Positions 10,392-22,889 of a stretch of DNA of 32,184 nt are shown one piece after another; positions within the stretch are counted from its first letter, which is position 1, and each line of letters opens with the position of its first letter. Under the pieces are notes generated by a model that saw nothing but the letters and a program-made list of their open reading frames with translations, searched no databases and had not been told where the DNA came from. The stretch is taken from assembly GCA_016618085.1 (NCBI GenBank), contig JABLTG010000201.1:1-32184 (forward strand), in the 5' to 3' direction. The stretch comes from Neovahlkampfia damariscottae. Lineage: Eukaryota. The position numbers and the translations under genes are program-made.

Positions 10392-13300
10392 TTATTGTGA
10401 AATTTCTTCATCAGATTCTTCATCTTTCACATCAACTGAATTTCTTTTAACATTCATTGTTAAAACTTGAAGACTTGATTCATTTCCAAACAACGCATCC
10501 ATTGCGTCTTGTTTGTCCATTGCTTTAGGTGCAATTCTTCTTACATCGTCTTGTGGTTTTAAAACATGAACTGATTTTGAACGTTCTTTTGTTTCTATCA
10601 ATTCATAATTAATCATTTTTTGGAATTCTTTTCCTTCAGTCATATCTTTTTCTTCAGAGATTTGTAAACCAAAATAATTCCAAAATCTGGCTAATAATTC
10701 TTGTCTTGAGTTTTCTCTTTGATTGAAAGTTGCTCCAATGAATATTTCTTTATTATCATATCCATAACCTTTGACAGAACTTTCGTAACCATAAATAGGT
10801 GTAAAGTAATCGAATGTATTCACCAATTGTTCTTGTGTTTTACAAACAACATTTTCTAATAAAAATTCAGTTCCATTTTCTGCTGCTTTTGTAAAAGTAT
10901 CATCAGAGTCTAACATACATTCTCTGAAGACATGAGCTAAATCTTGATATTCTTGAGGTTCCCATGTATCACTGAATGTTGTTCTATTGAAAAAAGTTAA
11001 AAAAAAAATTTCTTACGGCAATAATTTTGAAAGGAAAACTAAAGCAGGAGTTTGCCAAGTTGATCTTCCATTTTTTAACAATGAAATTAACATAAAGGTA
11101 ATATAATGACCACCTCTATTTCCAAATATACTCTTATAAAGAATTGAAAATTCAGTTGAAAATGATTCAAGTGATGTTGATTCAAAAACATTCAATGCCA
11201 TATATTTATCCAATAATTCTTTGAATGGATATAAAGTTTCATCAAAAATAGAAAATAATCCTTCTAAAATAGTTGTTTTTGGTGTTTCTCCAGAAGATAT
11301 AAAAATGGAATGAATTAACAAATTTGTAGCGATTAAAGAATTATTCTTTGGTAAGAATTTCTTCATTGTGATTGCAAATTGTTGATAGAATTGAATAGTA
11401 ATATCAATTGAATCTGGTTCCATTAAACCTTTGACCAATGCTTGTGATAGTAAAATATCAGCTTCAATTTGACCTCCTTCCCATGATTTAAACATAATTT
11501 CATGAACAGAATCAATATTAAAATTATTCTTTTTTGAAGTCATAATATTATAAAGATGATTAATGAATTCAAGACATAATAAAAAGATTCTTTGATTCCA
11601 AGTTTGTAATAACCAAAATGCAACTTTAAATAATAATTCTGTACAATTTGGCATGATTACTGTATCTTGTGGACATTTTCTGAAGATTTTAATCAAGATG
11701 AAAATAATTTCATCATCTCTGACTCTTATTGCACTAAATAACAATAAACATAAATTTTCGAGTAATTGATAATCATATGTTTCATTTAAATGATAAAATA
11801 AATATAATGATTCTAAAATGATGAATTTATCAGCTGATTTCATAGCCCATTTTAATGCTAATTTTGAAATATCAGATGCTAAGGCATCATTAAATTCAAG
11901 TAATCCATTCACCCAACCTTTTTGGAATTCTTCTTCTCTTGAGTATTTCCAAACTGATAACGGACAAAAATATTTGTTTTTGAAATCTTTAATTTCTTTC
12001 AAATTTTTTTTAGTTGCGTGTCTGAAACCCAATGATTGGTACAAATTTTCTAAAATTATTTTACTTTCTGGAATAGTAGCATATTGAGTTGAATTGAATA
12101 AAATAACTGAATTTAAGAAGATCTTATGTAAATGTGGAATAAATTCTAAATCATTTTCATAGGTCAAATTTAATAATAATTGCATGATTGAATTTTCAAT
12201 GACTGAGACTTCAGATCTTGGATATTCTGCGTCATATGGTAATATTCCTTTCTTTAATTGCCAAACTAAAAATTCAAATTTCTTTTCTGGAATATTTTCA
12301 TCTTTAAATGATCGAAGATTGAAAACTAAAATTTCAAGAATTCTAGGTAAACTTGGAGGATCTCTACAAATGTAAACTACAATTGATTTGATTAATTGAG
12401 TAATTCCAGCTTGATTTGAAGTTAATGCATTTTTATATTCATTTAATAAAAATGCAATTACATAATCACAAACAGATTCAATGACAAATTGACTTCCTAT
12501 TAATTCAACCCATAATTTTTCAATTTCTTCTGGATATTTTGAATGAAGTTTATTTGAAATTGAATAAGCATGTCCAAGAAATTGATAAAATAATGTTTTT
12601 TCAAGGATTTGATCTGAAGATTGTGGATTGTTTTCAACAACATATCCAAAGTTTCCAGCCCATGGCACAATAACTTGAAGAAGAACACCCATATCTTTAG
12701 CATTTAATTGTTCAATAAAATGATCTGCTTCCATAAAAATTTCAGCAGAAACATCTCTATTGCTTTCAATTAAATTTTGAACGAATAAAAGAACAGCTCT
12801 TTTGTATACTTTTTCATCAGGAATTGTTGAAATGGATAAATATTTTCCGACTTCAATTCCTGTTGAAGAACAAAGAATTAACATTAATTCATGTGCTACA
12901 TTTCTGACATCCATGCTTGGTGAGCACATATGAAAAGTAGCTGTGAAAATCAAAATACCAAGAGAAACATGACGTGAGTTGAATAAAGCTTCAATTTCAG
13001 TAGTAAGAACATTTGTGACAGCTGTCAAATAACACAATGAAATCAAAGTAATATTTGAATTGAATTGTGAATAAGCCTCTTGTTTGAGTTGTTTTTCACG
13101 TGCCAATTGTTCATCTTTGTTTTTGAATTTTTCATTTTTGAGATTTGTAAATTCTTCTGATTTAACAGCTTCTGGATATCTCCATAAAGTTTCTTCAAAT
13201 GTATGATGAATAAATCTTCTGATGTAGTTTGGATTTTTCTTGAGTAACATTGATAATGCATCAATAACTTCATTTTTTGTACTTGGATCAACTTTAACGA

Positions 13301-16228
13301 CATTGTGAAGATAAGCAATGATGTGATCAATGAGTGTTGTGTTTTTGATTTCACCAAATGAAAGTAATGAAGTCAAACAACGAATTGCATTTGTATCAAT
13401 AACAGCCATTGGGTTACTTAATGTAACTAATTTATACAAACCATCGGAAAATAAATCTAAAGAAGCTCCAAAAATAATTGCTGAAACTTTGACAACTTCT
13501 TTTTCGCTTGATGATTTATTTTGTTCTACCAATTTATCAGTTTTGATTTGAATAAATTTCAAATAATCACATAAGATTGAAACAGCCATTTTCCAAGTTT
13601 CTGATATGATATTTGAACCTGCAACATCTTTAACTGATAATTTTTCAGTGACTGTCCAATTCTTCATCAATTCCTCCAAATAATCTCTGATTAACATATT
13701 ATCAAAAATCATTTCACCATCTTTAATATTTTTTGTTATTCTCGAAAAGAATGTTAAAATATTTTTTTCATAAGCATGATCTGATGTTTCAATTTCTTTT
13801 TTTTTGTTCATATTTCTTTGAATTCCAATAGCTCTTAATTGTTTGACAAATAATTCAATTGCTTCAACATTTAATGATGATAATGCATCAATAACGTGTG
13901 GAAAAATAACTTCATGTGTTTGCATAGATTTGGCTGTAATTAAGTTTAATAATTCACCAAGAAATGGCAATCCTTCTTCTGAGTATTGTGGTTTTAATCC
14001 CATACAGAGTAATTTCAAATAATTTCCAATGATATTTGGATATTTAACTACAAAATCAGGAATTTTATTCCATCTTCTTTGAAGCTCTGTGAATGCAATT
14101 TTAACACTTTCATTATCAGAATGTGCCAATAAAAATGTGTTTAATTCTGGAAGCCAAATTTCTTCAACTGTTTCTGATTTTGGAATTGTCAACAGATCTA
14201 ACAAGTAAGGTGGATTTTTTTCAATTTGAGAAGTGAGTGCTTTTAATTCATCATGTTTAATATCATTTAATAATCTATATGCTTCTGCACGAACTTTGAA
14301 ATCTGTATGACAAAGCCAAACCAAAGTCATTGCTTCAAATCTCTTTCTGACAGCCAAATATTGATAAGCATCAATTTGAATGTTTGAATCTGTTTTTAAT
14401 TGAAGAACAAAAGAATCTAAAACTTTTCTTAATCCTCTACTGATTCTAATCATATCTTCAGGTTTGTCCAAAAGAAAATCAACAGAAAGTAATAAACTTG
14501 TGAAAACACCAATAACTTGAAGAACAGTAGCTTGAGTTTGAAGAACAACAAAATTATTTAAAGCCAAAGCGGCATTGGTTCTTGTTTCTGAATCTGTGTG
14601 CAACATCAAATTTCCAAGAGCAATTCTAATTTCTTTCATTTTTTCTTCTGAAGGATTTTTAACTTTTGGGAAGCAAGTAATTGCATTTTTAAGTAAAAGT
14701 AAATCAGTTCTTTTTTTTTCATCCATGATTATTGCAGTGACAATTGGTCCAATGAGATAATTATAATTCACAATTTCTTTTGGAACTTCAGTTGCTATTT
14801 TTTCCAATGCTTTTAAAACTGCTGCTTTTTGTTCTGATAAATATGATCCTTCAAGTGTTTCTTTAACCAAATTAATAGCCAAATGAATATTTTTCTTTCC
14901 TAATTCAACCAAGAACTTTTCAATTTTATCACATTCTTGATCAGTGTAAACAACTTTTTTTTGAAAGATTTGAGTTCCAACAACTTTAACCATTGCTGAT
15001 ATTCTTTCATTATCATTTTTCATTGTTTCAGGTGAAATATGAGTTACAAAATCAGTGAAGAAATCCAAGTAATCAAATTTTTCTTTTTTATCTTTCAAAC
15101 CTGATTGAATTGATTTGAACAAGTCTTCAATATGATTTGGATTTTGTGAAAAATAAAAATCTTCAGGTGCTCTAACAATCATTGCTTGCATTAAATCAAC
15201 AGCTCCTATTTTATATTTTGCTGTTTTTGATAATTTTGCAATGTAAATATAAATTTCTTTATACATGGTCCAAAATGTAGGATCTCCTCTTTTTGAAACA
15301 TAAGCTTGCCATTCTTTAATTCTTTTTTTATCATTTTTTAAAATTTCACAAAAGATTTTCTTTAAAGTAGCAAATATTTCTGGAAAAAGAACAGAAGTTC
15401 CTTTTTTAATTCCAGGCATTCTTTCTTGAAGTTTTGCAATATATTTGAATGTACTATCTGCAGTTTCCAATGTAGCAAAAGAAAAATCAAGAAATCTCTA
15501 AACAAGAAAAATTAAAAAAACAATTTTTTTACCATTGAATGTTGAAGATGTACAAAATTTTTAACATCAACTTCTTTTTTCATTACATCAAAGATATCTT
15601 CATATAACTTTAAAATTTCTTGAAAATGAGCAGATGAAAAACTTCCTAATAATAAACCAGCTTGTCTTGAAACAGCAGGAGAATAGTTTACGAGGTCAAG
15701 TCTTTTAAAAGTGAAGTTTCTGACATGTCCAGGTAAAACAATATCAATTTGATTAGTATTTGATTCAAGATAATGATTAAAACATTTTCTCATCATTCTT
15801 AAAATAAAACAGTCTATTGTGTCGTCATAGTCTAAAGGTTCAACTTTTGGTTTTTTTCTTTTTTTGTACGGAACTTCATCAAATGAAGAATAGTTTTCTA
15901 TGGTGGAAAATGTTTAAAAATCTTGAAAAAAACGAACCTGCTATTAATTGTAACTTCTCCAAGATGGTAATCAATAATTTACCGTTGGAACACAATTTTC
16001 TAATGGAATTTACAATAATGTGTAAATTTGTTTTCATTTCTTTTTTTTCACTTTTTTGTTCCAACTGTTGTCAGAAGTTAATTTTTTTTTTTTTTTTTTT
16101 ACTGATTTTCTTTGACCTTCTTGATCCGTTGAGAGTGTGGCTTTACTTGATACTTCTGTATTTTGAATAACTAAAGATTCAAATTGTGATAGCACATGTG
16201 GTAATGACGAAGTTGTATTTTCAGTCAT
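10392..16228 (-). CDS. Furry/Tao3/MOR2-PAG1-like ARM-repeat scaffold, ~1896 aa, 5 exons
   Basis: Introns 16065-16102, 15898-15937, 15498-15532 and 10984-11016 give one continuous frame. The N-terminal segment (QAGLLLGSFSSAHFQEI..HSMRFLDF) and the segments LVWLCHTDFKVRAEAYRLL and LLQVIVPWAGNF resemble Furry-family repeats. Shorter than canonical Furry. Confidence 0.7.
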
Positions 16229-16516
16229 CAGTATGTTTTGTCAAGTCAACCACAACGTTATAAAAAAATTTGATTGGACAACTGGAGAAATATTCTCAAA
16301 TTTAATTTTCCGTGTTCAAAAAGATTTATTTTTAAAGAAAAGAAAAAATTTCAAAGAAAGAATAATTTTGTGCTTGAAACCGGAAGTCCATCTTCGGTTT
16401 TGAGTCCAACAAAGTTGGTATCAAAAGATTCTGGTTATCAGTGATCATGTTTTGCAAACTCCAAAATGGTAGTTTATCCACCAATCAATTTCTGAACAAG
16501 TTCTGTTAAAACAAAA

Positions 16517-19242
16517 ATGGAGGAGTTATCAGAAATATGGTTCAAAGAGAATAGATTTAATTTTCAACCAAAAAACTTGATAACTCTTGATAAACAGATT
16601 TTAACTTCCATTTTTTCGACTGGTTTTTAAAAAATAAAATTTAACTTTCAATAGATGAGTATCTGTATGTTGGAACAAAAGATGGAAGCATTTTAAAATT
16701 CTACGAAGATAATAATTTAGAATATAAAATTATAGAAACTTTCAAATCTTCAACAGAAAAACCTATAACTCAACTAAGAATTGACCAACAATTTTCAACT
16801 TTATTTTTTAAAGATTCTGAAGGCATAACGATATTAAATTCATCAAATTTACAAATCAAAAAAGAATTTAATGATGACAAATGTTTGAGATTTGGTGTAT
16901 TTTCTTCACAATTTACTCAGTTCCATCATGATGTGAATATAAGAAACAATGAAGGAAATCAATTGAGCCTATTTAACTCGGAAACTAAAGAAATATTAAT
17001 TTATAAATACACAGAGAGTTCATTTGAGTATCAAGCCACGTATCCGTTGAATATTGATGCTAATTATATCTTCAATATTGGTAATTTGGTTGTTGGTTTT
17101 GATAGGAAATATAAAACAATAAAATGTGGAAAAATCACTGAAGATATAAACGTAGATGCTTTGGGTGAAATTGAGCCATCCAGTTGTCCAAAAATCATGT
17201 TCATTTCAAACAAATATCAAAAAATTCAAAAAGACAATTCATTCATTGTTTATTATGTAAATGATGAAAAAATAGAACCCATTTATTTAGAGGATGAAGG
17301 AATTCATAAAATGAACAAATTTTATGAAATGAAATTTTCATCAAAAATAGAATATTGTTCTATTTCCTTCCCTTTTATAGTTGGAATTTCCAAAAAGAAA
17401 AAAGACTTTATTTTGGAAATTAAAAGTGTTTATAATGAAAATAAACCTATTCTGAGAGATAAATACAAAAGTACTGCAGATGCAATACCAATTGAGTTTT
17501 CAGGAACCTCGTTTGGTTTAACATCATCATTTGACGCTTTTTATTATTTTTTAGATAATTCAATTTTTAAGATATCATTACCTTCACCTGATGATTTAGG
17601 AATTTTATTGAAAAAGGATGGTTTAATTAAACCTGCGAGACAATTGAAAAAATTCAAAAATTTAGAAATGAATTCAAACAACATCAAAAATTCTGATTTT
17701 ATGAAATTCAAATCAATGATTAAATTTAACAATGAAATGAATATAAATGAGTCAACTTTAGATGATGTTCAATTCACAAAGGTCTTGTCAAGTATTCATC
17801 AAAAAAAGGAAATTTCAATTCCAAAAATACCAACAGTTTCAATTGAAAAACCAAAAGATGTGTACCCAACGACTCCAAAAAGTAGTAGAAAAACAAGATC
17901 ACGAAATGTTTTGATTATAAAAAATCCACAAATGTTCACAAAGAAGAGAAGAAATTCTTCATTGATTGTTGAACAGCCAGAACCAAAAACTCCAACAGAA
18001 AATTTATCCTACATTTTGAAACCAACTGAAGAAAAAAAAGGTATGAACATCTCACCATCACCTGTTGTTGCCCCAGACTCAGAAGATGAAGAAGTTCCTC
18101 AACACAGAATTGGACGAATGAAATCATCATTTTCAGCACTAGAAGAAGGTGAATTATCAATAAAAAAAGGAGAACTAATGGTCATTTTACAAGATGAATC
18201 AGATGGTTGGACATTAATATTTTACAAAAAAAAGCAAGGATTCGTTCCAAGTCATTTCATTTTTGAATTAGACTTCAAAGCATTCCAAAAAAGAAAAGAG
18301 ATTGTAAAAGAATTTATTGAAACAGAAGAAACATATGTCACGAATTTGATACATTTAAATCATTATTTTTGTGTTCCCTTACAAAAAATTTTATCAAAAA
18401 AAACACATCAAGCTCTGTTTTCAAATTTACAAACTGTTTTAAGTTTGAATGGATTATTCTTGGTGAAATTACAAGAAATTGCAAAAAAGGATTATATCCT
18501 TCAAGATGATGAATTATCATTGATACTTTTAGAATTCTCTGGTAGCTTTAGATTGTACACGGAATACATTGTTAGTTTTGAAAACATGAACAACATAGTT
18601 TTAAAAGAAGGTTCAAAAAATTCTAAATTTGAAAAATTTGTGAAAGAGAAAAAAGTGGAATTAAAATCAAAAGGATTGTTGTGTGATGTGGGAAGTTATC
18701 TAATCCTTCCAGTTCAAAGATTACCAAGATATCGATTGTTACTTTCTGATTTGGTGAGATATTCACCAAAAGAGGAGAATCCAAAGAAATTTGATCAATT
18801 GAAAAGAGCTCTGGATGATATTTCAAAAGTAGTAAATTATTGCAATGAAAAAATTAGAGAATATGAAAATGCTCAAGAATTAGTTGCACTACAAAAGAAA
18901 TATGATTTGATAACTTCAAAATCAAAAAAGTTAATTAGATCAATGAAGAATGAAGAAAATTTTGAGCTACTATTGAATGGAGAACGACTTATGAAGTCAT
19001 TTGATGCTTTAGTTGTTTTGAATGATAAAATATTCATCAGACCAAAGAAGGAGAATTTACTTCAATCAACATTGGACATATTTTTTCCATTTTTTGAAAA
19101 TAGCGAAATTTTAAAAGTGAACATCACCAATTCATTCATTTTAAAAACAGGTAAAGAAACATTGAAGTTTGTTTTTCATGATGAAAAAAGTTTCAGTTCA
19201 TGGTTGAAAACTTTTGAAGAGATGACATTTGGAGAGGATTAA
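16517..19242 (+). CDS. Rho guanine-nucleotide exchange factor: CNH-like propeller, SH3, DH, PH; ~897 aa, 2 exons
   Basis: ATG 16517; intron 16623-16654. Motifs: LYVGTKDG (CNH-like), SH3 (FSALEEGELSIKKGE..DGWT..QGFVPSHFI), DH (RKEIVKEFIETEETYV, SYLILPVQRLPRYRLLL), and a PH-like end (FSSWLKTF). Confidence 0.9.
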
Positions 19243-19276
19243 AAGTTTAGTTGTGAAATAAGACAAACATTGTAAT

Positions 19277-20920
19277 TTATTTTTTTCCTTTTTTCTTTTT
19301 TTTCTTTTTATTTTCAGTTTTTGGAGTTGGATTTGATTCTGAAGTTGCTACTTCTGTTTCTGGTGTTTCACCACTTTCTTCTTCTTCACCTTGTTCTTCT
19401 TCATTTATTTCTGTGGTATTCTCTTCTTCTTCAGTTGGTTTTGTTTCTTCAACTTCAGGTTTTGATTCTTCTTCTGCAACAGTTTCTTCTTGTTGTTTTT
19501 GTTCTTCAGCGATTTTTGCTTCTTCTTCTTTTTGTTTTTCTTCTGCAACTCTTGCTTCTTCAGCTAATTTTTCTTCTTCTTGTTTCTTTTCTTCAGCAAT
19601 TCTTGCTTCTTCTGCGAGTCTTTCCTCTTCTTGTTTTGCTTCTTCTGCGAGTCTTGCTTGTTCTGCTTCTTCTTCTTGTTTTTTTGTTTCTTCAGCAAGT
19701 CTTTCCTCTTCTTTTTGTTTTTCTTCAGCAATTCTTGCTTCTTCAGCTAATCTTTCTTCTTCTTTTTGTTTTGCTTCTGCAAGTTCAGCTTCAGCTTTTT
19801 TTTGTTCTTCTTCAAGTCTAGCTTTTTCTTCTTCTTGTCTTTTTTGTTCAGCAAGTCTTTCCTCTTCTTGTTTTGCTTCTTCAGCAATTCTTGCTTCTTC
19901 TGCGAGTCTTTCCTCTTCTTGTTTTGCTTCTTCTGCGAGTCTTGCTTGTTCTGCTTCTTCTTCTTGTTTTTTTGTTTCTTCAGCAAGTCTTTCTTCTTCT
20001 TTTTGTTTTGCTTCAGCAAGTCTTGCTTCTTCTTCTTCTTGTTTTTTTGCTTCTTCTGCTAATCTCTCTGTTTCTTTTTGTTGTTCTTCTTCTTGTCTTT
20101 TTTGTTCAGCAACTCTTTCTTCTTCTTGTTTCTTTTCTTCTGCAACTCTTGCTTCTTCAGCTAACCTTTGTTCTTCTGCTAATTTTTCATCATTGTTTTC
20201 TTCTGGTGCAGCTACAGGTTGAACTTCAACTTTTGTTTCTTCAGCTTTTACTTCTGGTTTTTCTTCTGTTTTTTCTTCTTCAACAGGTTTTTCTTCTGTT
20301 TTTTCTTCTTCAACAGGTTTTTCTTCTGTTTTTACTTCTTCAACAGGTTTTTCTTCTGTTTTTACTTCTTCAACTGGTTTTTCTTCAATGACTGCTGGAA
20401 CATCATCTTTTTTTTCTTCTTCAGGTTTTTTATTTTCACCTTCAACAACAGGTTTTTCTTCAGATTTTGCTTCTTCTTTTTTTTCTTCTTGAGCTTTTGT
20501 TGCTTCTTTTGCTTTTTCTTCTTCTTCTTTTTCTTTTCTGATTTGTTCATCTTTTAAGAATTGTTTATAAACAGCACCTTTTTTAAATTTCAAATGTTCT
20601 TTTATCAATTTATCTGTTACTTCAGCTTCAGTTGTAGCAAAATAATGTTCATTGACTTCTTTTGACGTTTCTTCTTTCTTTTGTGGAGTTTCTTTGAAAT
20701 ATTTGGATGAAAATGATTTTATTTCTTCTTCCATTTCTTCTTTTGTTTTCAACTTTTTGTATTTCTGTATGTCTGTGTACATGTTGTGAGTTCTGGTATG
20801 ACCGTCTTTTTTGAGTAACATTTCAAAGGATTTGGAAAGTGTTTCATTTTGAAAAGTTTCTTCTAAACTTGTTGTAGCTTCTTCTTGGTCAACTTCTTCT
20901 TTGGATACGTTTCCACCCAT
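19277..20920 (-). CDS. Myristoylation-motif, RGS-like domain protein with E/A/K/Q-rich coiled-coil repeats and a polybasic C-terminus, 547 aa
   Basis: Likely start MGGNVSK at 20920. RGS-like helix pattern (SLEETFQNETLSKSFEMLLKK..YTDIQKYKK..SKYF..YFATTEAEV..YKQFL), then EEERLAEEA repeats, ending KKKKKKKGKK. Confidence 0.75.
   Translation of the reverse strand: MGGNVSKEEVDQEEATTSLEETFQNETLSKSFEMLLKKDGHTRTHNMYTDIQKYKKLKTKEEMEEEIKSFSSKYFKETPQKKEETSKEVNEHYFATTEAEVTDKLIKEHLKFKKGAVYKQFLKDEQIRKEKEEEEKAKEATKAQEEKKEEAKSEEKPVVEGENKKPEEEKKDDVPAVIEEKPVEEVKTEEKPVEEVKTEEKPVEEEKTEEKPVEEEKTEEKPEVKAEETKVEVQPVAAPEENNDEKLAEEQRLAEEARVAEEKKQEEERVAEQKRQEEEQQKETERLAEEAKKQEEEEARLAEAKQKEEERLAEETKKQEEEAEQARLAEEAKQEEERLAEEARIAEEAKQEEERLAEQKRQEEEKARLEEEQKKAEAELAEAKQKEEERLAEEARIAEEKQKEEERLAEETKKQEEEAEQARLAEEAKQEEERLAEEARIAEEKKQEEEKLAEEARVAEEKQKEEEAKIAEEQKQQEETVAEEESKPEVEETKPTEEEENTTEINEEEQGEEEESGETPETEVATSESNPTPKTENKKKKKKKGKK
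19500..20390 (-). repeat. Coding internal repeats: 30-nt tandem units (EEKPVEEVKT, ~4 copies) and duplicated EEERLAEEARIAEE blocks
   Basis: CAACAGGTTTTTCTTCTGTTTT(T/A)CTTCTT repeated at about 20256-20388. Near-identical blocks at about 19590-19760 and 19860-20015. Confidence 0.85.
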
Positions 20921-21199
20921 GCTTTTCTTGAACCGCGAGAAAAAATATTGGTTATCCAATCAAAATAGTTGGTTCTTATTGGAAAGCTAAAAATAAAAAG
21001 AAAATTTTTTTTTTCATTTTTGAGAATAATATTTGAAACATCCAGTTCTTTGAGTTTTGCATATTTGAACTAAGATCTCAAGCTTGTTTGAGTACATATC
21101 ACTTTTTGAATTTTTTTATTGGAAGAAAAAAAAAACATCAACATGATAAGAATTCTATTTGAATTTTGACTAGTGTTCTGCAGAATATGAAATTTCATG

Positions 21200-21335
21200 A
21201 CAAACAAGCTGAATATGAGCATATCGACTATTGGTATCAATTACATTCAAAATATATCGATACATGTTGATTTTAAAACGATCATAAACCATTACATCCA
21301 TAAAATATCTTTTGGAAAAGGAACATAAATTGAAT
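21200..21335 (-). mobile_element. rve-type integrase core fragment (Polinton/PLV-like), decayed
   Basis: RYFMDVMVYDRFKINMYRYILNVIDTNSRYAHIQLV matches the first catalytic Asp plus the YRYILxVIDxxSRYA strand of retroviral-type integrases. The rest of the DDE core is absent. Confidence 0.7.
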
Positions 21336-21439
21336 TGTTCAGCTGCCTGTAACTTTTGCATTTATAGAATTCTGAAAATTAATATTTTAATTTAATTTCA
21401 ATTAAATAATTCTATTTGTATAAATATACAATCTAAAAA

Positions 21440-21655
21440 ATGAGTGAAAAACAACAAATCCCTGAAACTTCAAATAAAAAATGAAAGACAAACGTGAAGC
21501 TAACAGATGATGATCTCGTTGAAAAAATCAAACAATTAACAATACAACGTGAAAATTTAAGTTATGAAACTAAAAAGCTCAGAAATCAATATAATGCAAG
21601 AGTTTTCAAAGCAAAAAAGAAAGCAGAATTACTTGCGACTAACATTACATCGTAA
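21440..21655 (+). pseudogene. Small basic coiled-coil ORF with one in-frame TGA, probably from the same mobile element
   Basis: MSEKQQIPETSNKK*KTNVKLTDDDLVEKIKQLTIQRENLSYETKKLRNQYNARVFKAKKKAELLATNITS*. Divergent from the integrase fragment. Confidence 0.35.
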
Positions 21656-21936
21656 ACAAGTCAATAGAACGTTATTTTTTGTGTGTCCATATTTATTGTT
21701 AATTCTATCAACTGAAGATTTAATTATTGGGTTTAAACAAATGCAGTGTATTGAAGTGGATCAAATTTCCAAAATACTAAATTTCAAGTTAAATTCCTAT
21801 TTGCTCAGTCATTTTCCAACTTTTCCAACATTCCAACATTCCAACTTATGATTCTATTTTCAGTGTTTTCATCTTCATGTTATTTCCCAATTTCATGAAT
21901 TTAAAGCTGTGAATTTTCATGTTAAACCAAAGTGGA

Positions 21937-22055
21937 ATTGATTTTTTAGTTGACAACGGAGCTGAGATTCCAATCAAAGATAAAACAGAAGAACTGCTCA
22001 AGAAATGGGAGATTTTTGTAAAGATGTTATTGAACTTCATAAATGCAATTTGTAA
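21937..22055 (+). pseudogene. Ankyrin-repeat fragment paralogous to the last exon of the 30019-31637 gene
   Basis: IDFLVDNGAEIPIKDKT(frameshift)RTAQEMGDFCKDV aligns with IDFLILNGADFSIIDKTNRNAQDIADFLHKDV. Confidence 0.7.
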
Positions 22056-22361
22056 ATAAAAAATTTGATTGGATGAAAAGGAAACCAATTATATTTCGTT
22101 CTTTACTTTTCAAAAAATAAAAAAATTCATTTTGTCCTTCAACCATGCCCAAATTTCCAAAAAAAATAATTAATATTTGCACAAACCCATTATTTTTTTG
22201 CGGTCTTTGTTTTGTAATTTTGTTTGTGCTGGCGGTGATTGGCCGGATGAATCTACAGCTGGAATTTTTATGTGGTCTTGGGTTCCAAAATTTGGTCGCT
22301 GAAAACAAGTTTAGACCCTACTACAGAGTTGCCAGAATCAAAGACTTTATTCATTCTCTCT

Positions 22362-22727
22362 TCACTCCTCTTCAGTTTCTTCCATATCTTGAAGAATTTC
22401 TTCTAATGGAAGATCAGCAGGAATAACAGCTAATAATTTTTCAAATTTGTATTTACTTGGATCAGAGTTTAAAACATCAATTTTTGTGGTGTTGTCTTGT
22501 TCTCCAACAAAATTTTCATAAAGATCTTTTGATATTTTAATCAAAAGATGTGAACTATCAACCTGAGATTCTAAGACATCATTAATCAATTGAAACAAGT
22601 CTGGTAGCTTTTGAAATGAGTTTTCGATGTATTTAAAGTCATTATTCTTTGGAACAACTGCTTCAATGGTAACTTTACTTTCTTGTTCATTGCCAGATAC
22701 CATTACAACAGCATAAAAACCACACAT
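22362..22727 (-). CDS. Hypothetical acidic protein, 121 aa
   Basis: ATG at 22727 (MCGFYAVV...) with protein-like composition and CCAAT boxes just upstream. No family recognised. Confidence 0.5.
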   Translation of the reverse strand: MCGFYAVVMVSGNEQESKVTIEAVVPKNNDFKYIENSFQKLPDLFQLINDVLESQVDSSHLLIKISKDLYENFVGEQDNTTKIDVLNSDPSKYKFEKLLAVIPADLPLEEILQDMEETEEE

Positions 22728-22889
22728 TTCTGATTGGATCCTGACAAATAGGATTAGCCAATCAATTAAATGGAAAAGAAATTCAATAAATATCTCATTT
22801 TCTACAAAAAATAGTCGATATTGTTTTTTTATTGTTTTTCTTATTTTTAGCAGACCAATCATTTTCTTTTTTCAAAAGAAAAAATCTTC

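Noticed and set aside
16115..16145. Possible extra in-frame intron in Furry exon 1 (GTAAAGCC...AAGAAG)
   Set aside because: GC content is higher than in the real introns here and the frame is open without it.
19321..20557. Several long plus-strand ORFs (Leu/Phe/Ser/Cys-rich)
   Set aside because: Antisense shadows of the low-complexity Glu/Lys-rich gene.
21812..21846. TTCCAAC x4 micro-repeat
   Set aside because: Short simple repeat with no evidence of function.
22190..22325. GC-richer stretch ending in a possible hAT-like terminus (TAGGGTCTAAAC on the minus strand)
   Set aside because: No matching inverted end or target-site duplication found in the window.
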